The position numbers and the translations under genes were made by a program. From Anolis carolinensis (taxonomy: Eukaryota): a stretch of DNA of 63,609 nucleotides. The stretch covers positions 6,510,392 through 6,574,000 of the forward strand of contig NC_085847.1 in NCBI RefSeq assembly GCF_035594765.1. Reading direction: 5' to 3'. A model generated the notes under the pieces. The model searched no databases, was not told where the DNA came from, and saw only the letters and a program-made list of their open reading frames with translations. Numbering within the stretch: the stretch's first letter is position 1; every line of letters begins with the position of its first letter. Positions 59,866-63,609 of the stretch are shown here, one piece after another.

Positions 59866-62800
59866 ATTGCCTTCAGTGTCCACATTTTGCCACCCTGGCT
59901 TCCCCATTTGTCCTTAGAAAGAAGAGCTTGTGGAAATTAATGCAGGGGGTTGCAAGTTTCAGCATCCCCCAGGCAACAGAGGGTTGGGATGCTATGACTT
60001 GCAGTGCCCAAAAGTCACATCCTCAAGCTCAGCTAGAAATCAATCATTTGAGCGCCTTTTCCTGCAGTTTAAGAAGACCTCAGAGTGGGAAACAGAGGGG
60101 TACTATTATGGCTAGTGGCTACCATGTCAAGGAGAGGAGGGCATTTAACATTTTAGTCCAAACTTTTAAGGACATGTCCAAGGTGCTGAACTCAAATCCC
60201 AACTAGGTCCAGCTTCTAGACAGGTCCGTAAAAACTTAGACTAGAAACCCAGGTGGGTGTTCATCCCCCTCCCTTGGCATTGGGGGATTGCTGATGCCAT
60301 GTTCTGAAGCAGGATGCCTCCAAGCTGAAATCTCCAGATCCACACTTTGCCAGGCAATGCTGCTTCCCTGAGATTCCTCCCTCTCGTCCCAAGGGCCCAA
60401 GACGTAGGCTCTGGACTAAAGATCTGGCAACTCTAGAGCCCTTGCAGGCCAGGGACCCCCAAGATGTGGGACTCAGGCCTGCTTGCCCTTGCCCGCCACC
60501 CTCCACCTGGATCCAGGGGTGCCCCACTCGGCCTTCCCCACCTGAGAAAGCCAAGCGGAGGGCCCCGGGGTAGGGAGGGGGATTTTGGCTGGGCCCTCCC
60601 GCCCTCGCCTGTATCCAGAGCACCGGATGGCCGGGGGTTTGGAGGAGCTGGGCTTAGCAGAGCTATTCAAGCCAAGCGCCGCTTGGCAACCGGGTTGGTG
60701 ACAATGGGCGTCCAGGAGGGAGAATGTTTCCGCATGCCTGATCAATGGGAGCGGGTGAGACAGCCGAGCAAACAGGAGCTGGGAAAGAGACCCAAAAGAG
60801 AAAAGAGACCTCTCTCCCTCTCCCTCTCTCTCTTTCTTTCTGACTCAGTTCCTTTCATTTATCACAGCGCTTTGTGGGCCTGGACAACAGAGCCTCTCTG
60901 GAGGCTTCTTGGAGGGAGCTGGGCTGGGGTGGGAGACCTCCCCTCCCCTCCCGTTTCCAGCCCCTGACAATTAAATAGGAGGCTGCCCCCTTCTTTTGTC
61001 ACTGTCAGGAAAGGGGGGCAGAACAAAACCCGTCTCCTCCTCCTCCTCCCCCAGCCCAGGCCCATCTGTGCTCCCAGGGTTGTGCCCCAAAGAATGTCCC
61101 TGACAGAGAAAGGAGCAGCCAAAGCGTCCCCCCTTTCCTCGCCCCCTTGTTTGCCGACCCAAGGAAGAGAGAAAAGGACGTTCCGGTGGAAAATGGCAGC
61201 CGTGCCCGGCGGCAGATGCTGGGCAGGACAAAACATGGGCCCTTTGGGGGGTCCCAGCTAAAGTAGACCCATCGATAGTGTGGGTTTATGTCTGCACAGA
61301 CTCACTGCATAGGTCTACAACAGTTAGGGCTGAGCATTGGATCCAAGCCAAAGGTTGGGCGAAATTCCACATTGGACTACAATGCCCAGAATCCCCCAGT
61401 TGAGGAGTCGGGAGAACTATAGGCCAAAAAGGAACTCTCCCCAGAATGTCAGTGGTTGATGCGACATGAAGGGGCTAAAAGCACATTTTTGTACAATTTC
61501 AGTATACAGATAGGATATTGATGAGTTTTATGCCATTTTCTTATCAAACTTTTCTTTAACTACCAAAAAGCCAGAGAAAAGTAACTCAACAAGTTACTTT
61601 GGATCACTGCAACACTAAAGACTCTTAACCAGTACCAGAAATGAATTTTAAAATAGCTTTCTGTATCCTAAGGAGATGTGGTTTTCATTCTGTACATTTT
61701 TAGCCACCTATGTGTCCCCAGAGGGTGCCAGGGGCTGACAAATGACTGAAGTTCCCATCCTTGCCAATAGCCTGAGGAAGGTGGGCTTTGGAGTTAGATT
61801 CCTCTGGAGGACTCTAGCCAGGGGATAGCTTGGGACAAATCTGGGGGGAAAACTTTGGAAGGACTTGACAGACTTGGGATGCAGTTTAACCTATCTGGGT
61901 GTCTCAGTTTATTCCTCCTCCCAGCAAATCGAGACCGGGCTGGCAACTCCTGCCAACTATACAAAAGAGCTTGATCAGAAGTCAAGCTTTCAAAGTCATA
62001 ATTTCAGTCTTCTCAGTGGAAGTGTTAAACACTGATCACCAACCACACCAGCTCCATGTACGGCATTCCTTAGAATTACTAATTAATAATAAATAATTCA
62101 GCATTTTGCCCAACCCCAAATTTGCTGATATCTCGGGCTATGATCCAAACAAAAAGCTCTTTGCAACCAAAAAAGACCAAACACCTGTCTAAATAACTAG
62201 AAGAGTATCTGCTAACGGAAGGCAGGATGCATAACTATTGGTATGAATAACCCTATCATTTGGGAGGATGCATATGTGGCCATTGTTTGGGGTCTAGTCC
62301 CCAGCGGCCGGCCAGGCAGTTCCTGGCTCAGATGTCTTTGGTCTGGGACTTACACAACCCAGATTGGAGATAATTGTAGGGGAAGCGGCTAGAGCTTAGT
62401 TATCTCAGGAAAGCGAGACGCAAGGAGATTATGCTGGTCTCATCTCAAAGCCGTGGATCACCAGGTTGGTGTCTCCAAGGTGAATGTCATTTAATAGTTG
62501 GCTGCTTACCGGCTTAAGGTGCTTACGGGTTCCTGTCTAATCGTTTCTTTCATTTCCCACCTCTGATGACACAAGGCTTATTTCAGGATCGGAAAGCTGG
62601 CCTGTGCCGGGAGGGACACAATCCTGTCCGAGGCTTGCGGAGCTGTGGGCAACCTGGAGTAGGCCAGCCTTCCCTGTGACAGCAACAGAACAAAGCAATA
62701 TCCTTTGAACTGCCATGGTTCAATGCTATAGGATCCTGGGACTGTAATTTTACAAATCCTTGAGCTTTGCCTACCAAAGAGTGCTGGTGCCCCATCATGC

Positions 62801-63609
62801 TACAATTCCCAGGATTCCATAGCAGTTCAAGTGGTGTAAAGCTGCATTAACGCTACAATGTCCATGCACCCAGGGAGAGGTTTCTATGGTGCAAAAAGAA
62901 TATATGTTGTATTTTACTATGTTATTTAACTATTTTAATTGTTGTATTATTTTATTGTATTATGATATACTGGTAGTGATCCTGCCAGTTGTGTAAGCCG
63001 CCCCAAGTCCCCTTGGGGAGAAGGGCGGGGTAGAAATATCAGAAATAAATAAAAAGAAGACCTGCTCAATATACATCTGCTAACCTTTCATCCAGTCCTA
63101 GCACTATGCACATGGGAAACGAAAGAATCAGCCCTGCTAAGCCTTTTGGAAGCAAAGAAAACATTGTGTACTCTTCCCATCCGTTCTGCTTTGCCCAGCC
63201 GATGGGTCCATGCCCTTGACCTAAAGAATTCCAGTGGGAGAAAAAAATACAGCATTCTTCCCCAAGGTTGACTCCAGCTTATGGGGCTTTCTTGGACAGT
63301 TCCAGTTCCAGCTTCCTGCGTTGTTAGCTGTAGATTTCAAGATGTCTTTACTTTCTTGTTCCTCCAAAATCATAGCGACAATTTTTTCAATGCTATGTGT
63401 ACAGTAGTATGTAGATGCACCTTTCAATGTTGAACCCTGTTCCGCCCCCACCACCCCTGGCAGAATAGATTCAGCACCTTGGAAAGAGACTATCAAGACA
63501 GAGGGTGCATCTACACTGTGGAATGAATAGTTTGACACCACTTGAATGTCCACAGAATACTGGGAGTTGTAGTTTTACAAGATCTTGAGCCTTTTCTATG
63601 CAATAGAAT

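Noticed and set aside
53700-63609. COX6A1 or other coding exons upstream of MSI1
   Set aside because: No recognisable coding exons; the short ORFs are repeat-derived or random.

Overview
Vertebrate genomic DNA, almost certainly a squamate of the Anolis type, judged from Sauria SINEs, 5S-derived SINEs, R4/Dong LINE ends in (TAA)n arrays, CR1/L2/RTE fragments and hAT/Tc1 MITEs. It covers the conserved SIRT4-PLA2G1B-MSI1 block. By reading splice sites I rebuilt five intact multi-exon genes: SIRT4 (+, 319 aa); an 11beta-HSD1-family short-chain dehydrogenase (+, 290 aa); an uncharacterised gene (-, 274 aa, six coding exons, one GC-AG intron) whose N-terminal half resembles the nucleoplasmic C-terminal domain of NEMP/TMEM194 but has no transmembrane segments; pancreatic-type PLA2G1B (-, 146 aa); and MSI1 (-, 352 aa, 14 coding exons plus a non-coding last exon). 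To my knowledge the two genes between SIRT4 and PLA2G1B have no counterpart at the human locus. Other highlights are an RFX/SOX motif cluster in MSI1 intron 6, a hAT MITE carrying a CTCF motif, and stacked microsatellite-targeted R4 insertions. Most ORFs in the supplied six-frame track are spurious. All family and orthology calls come from recognition by eye, not from database searches.
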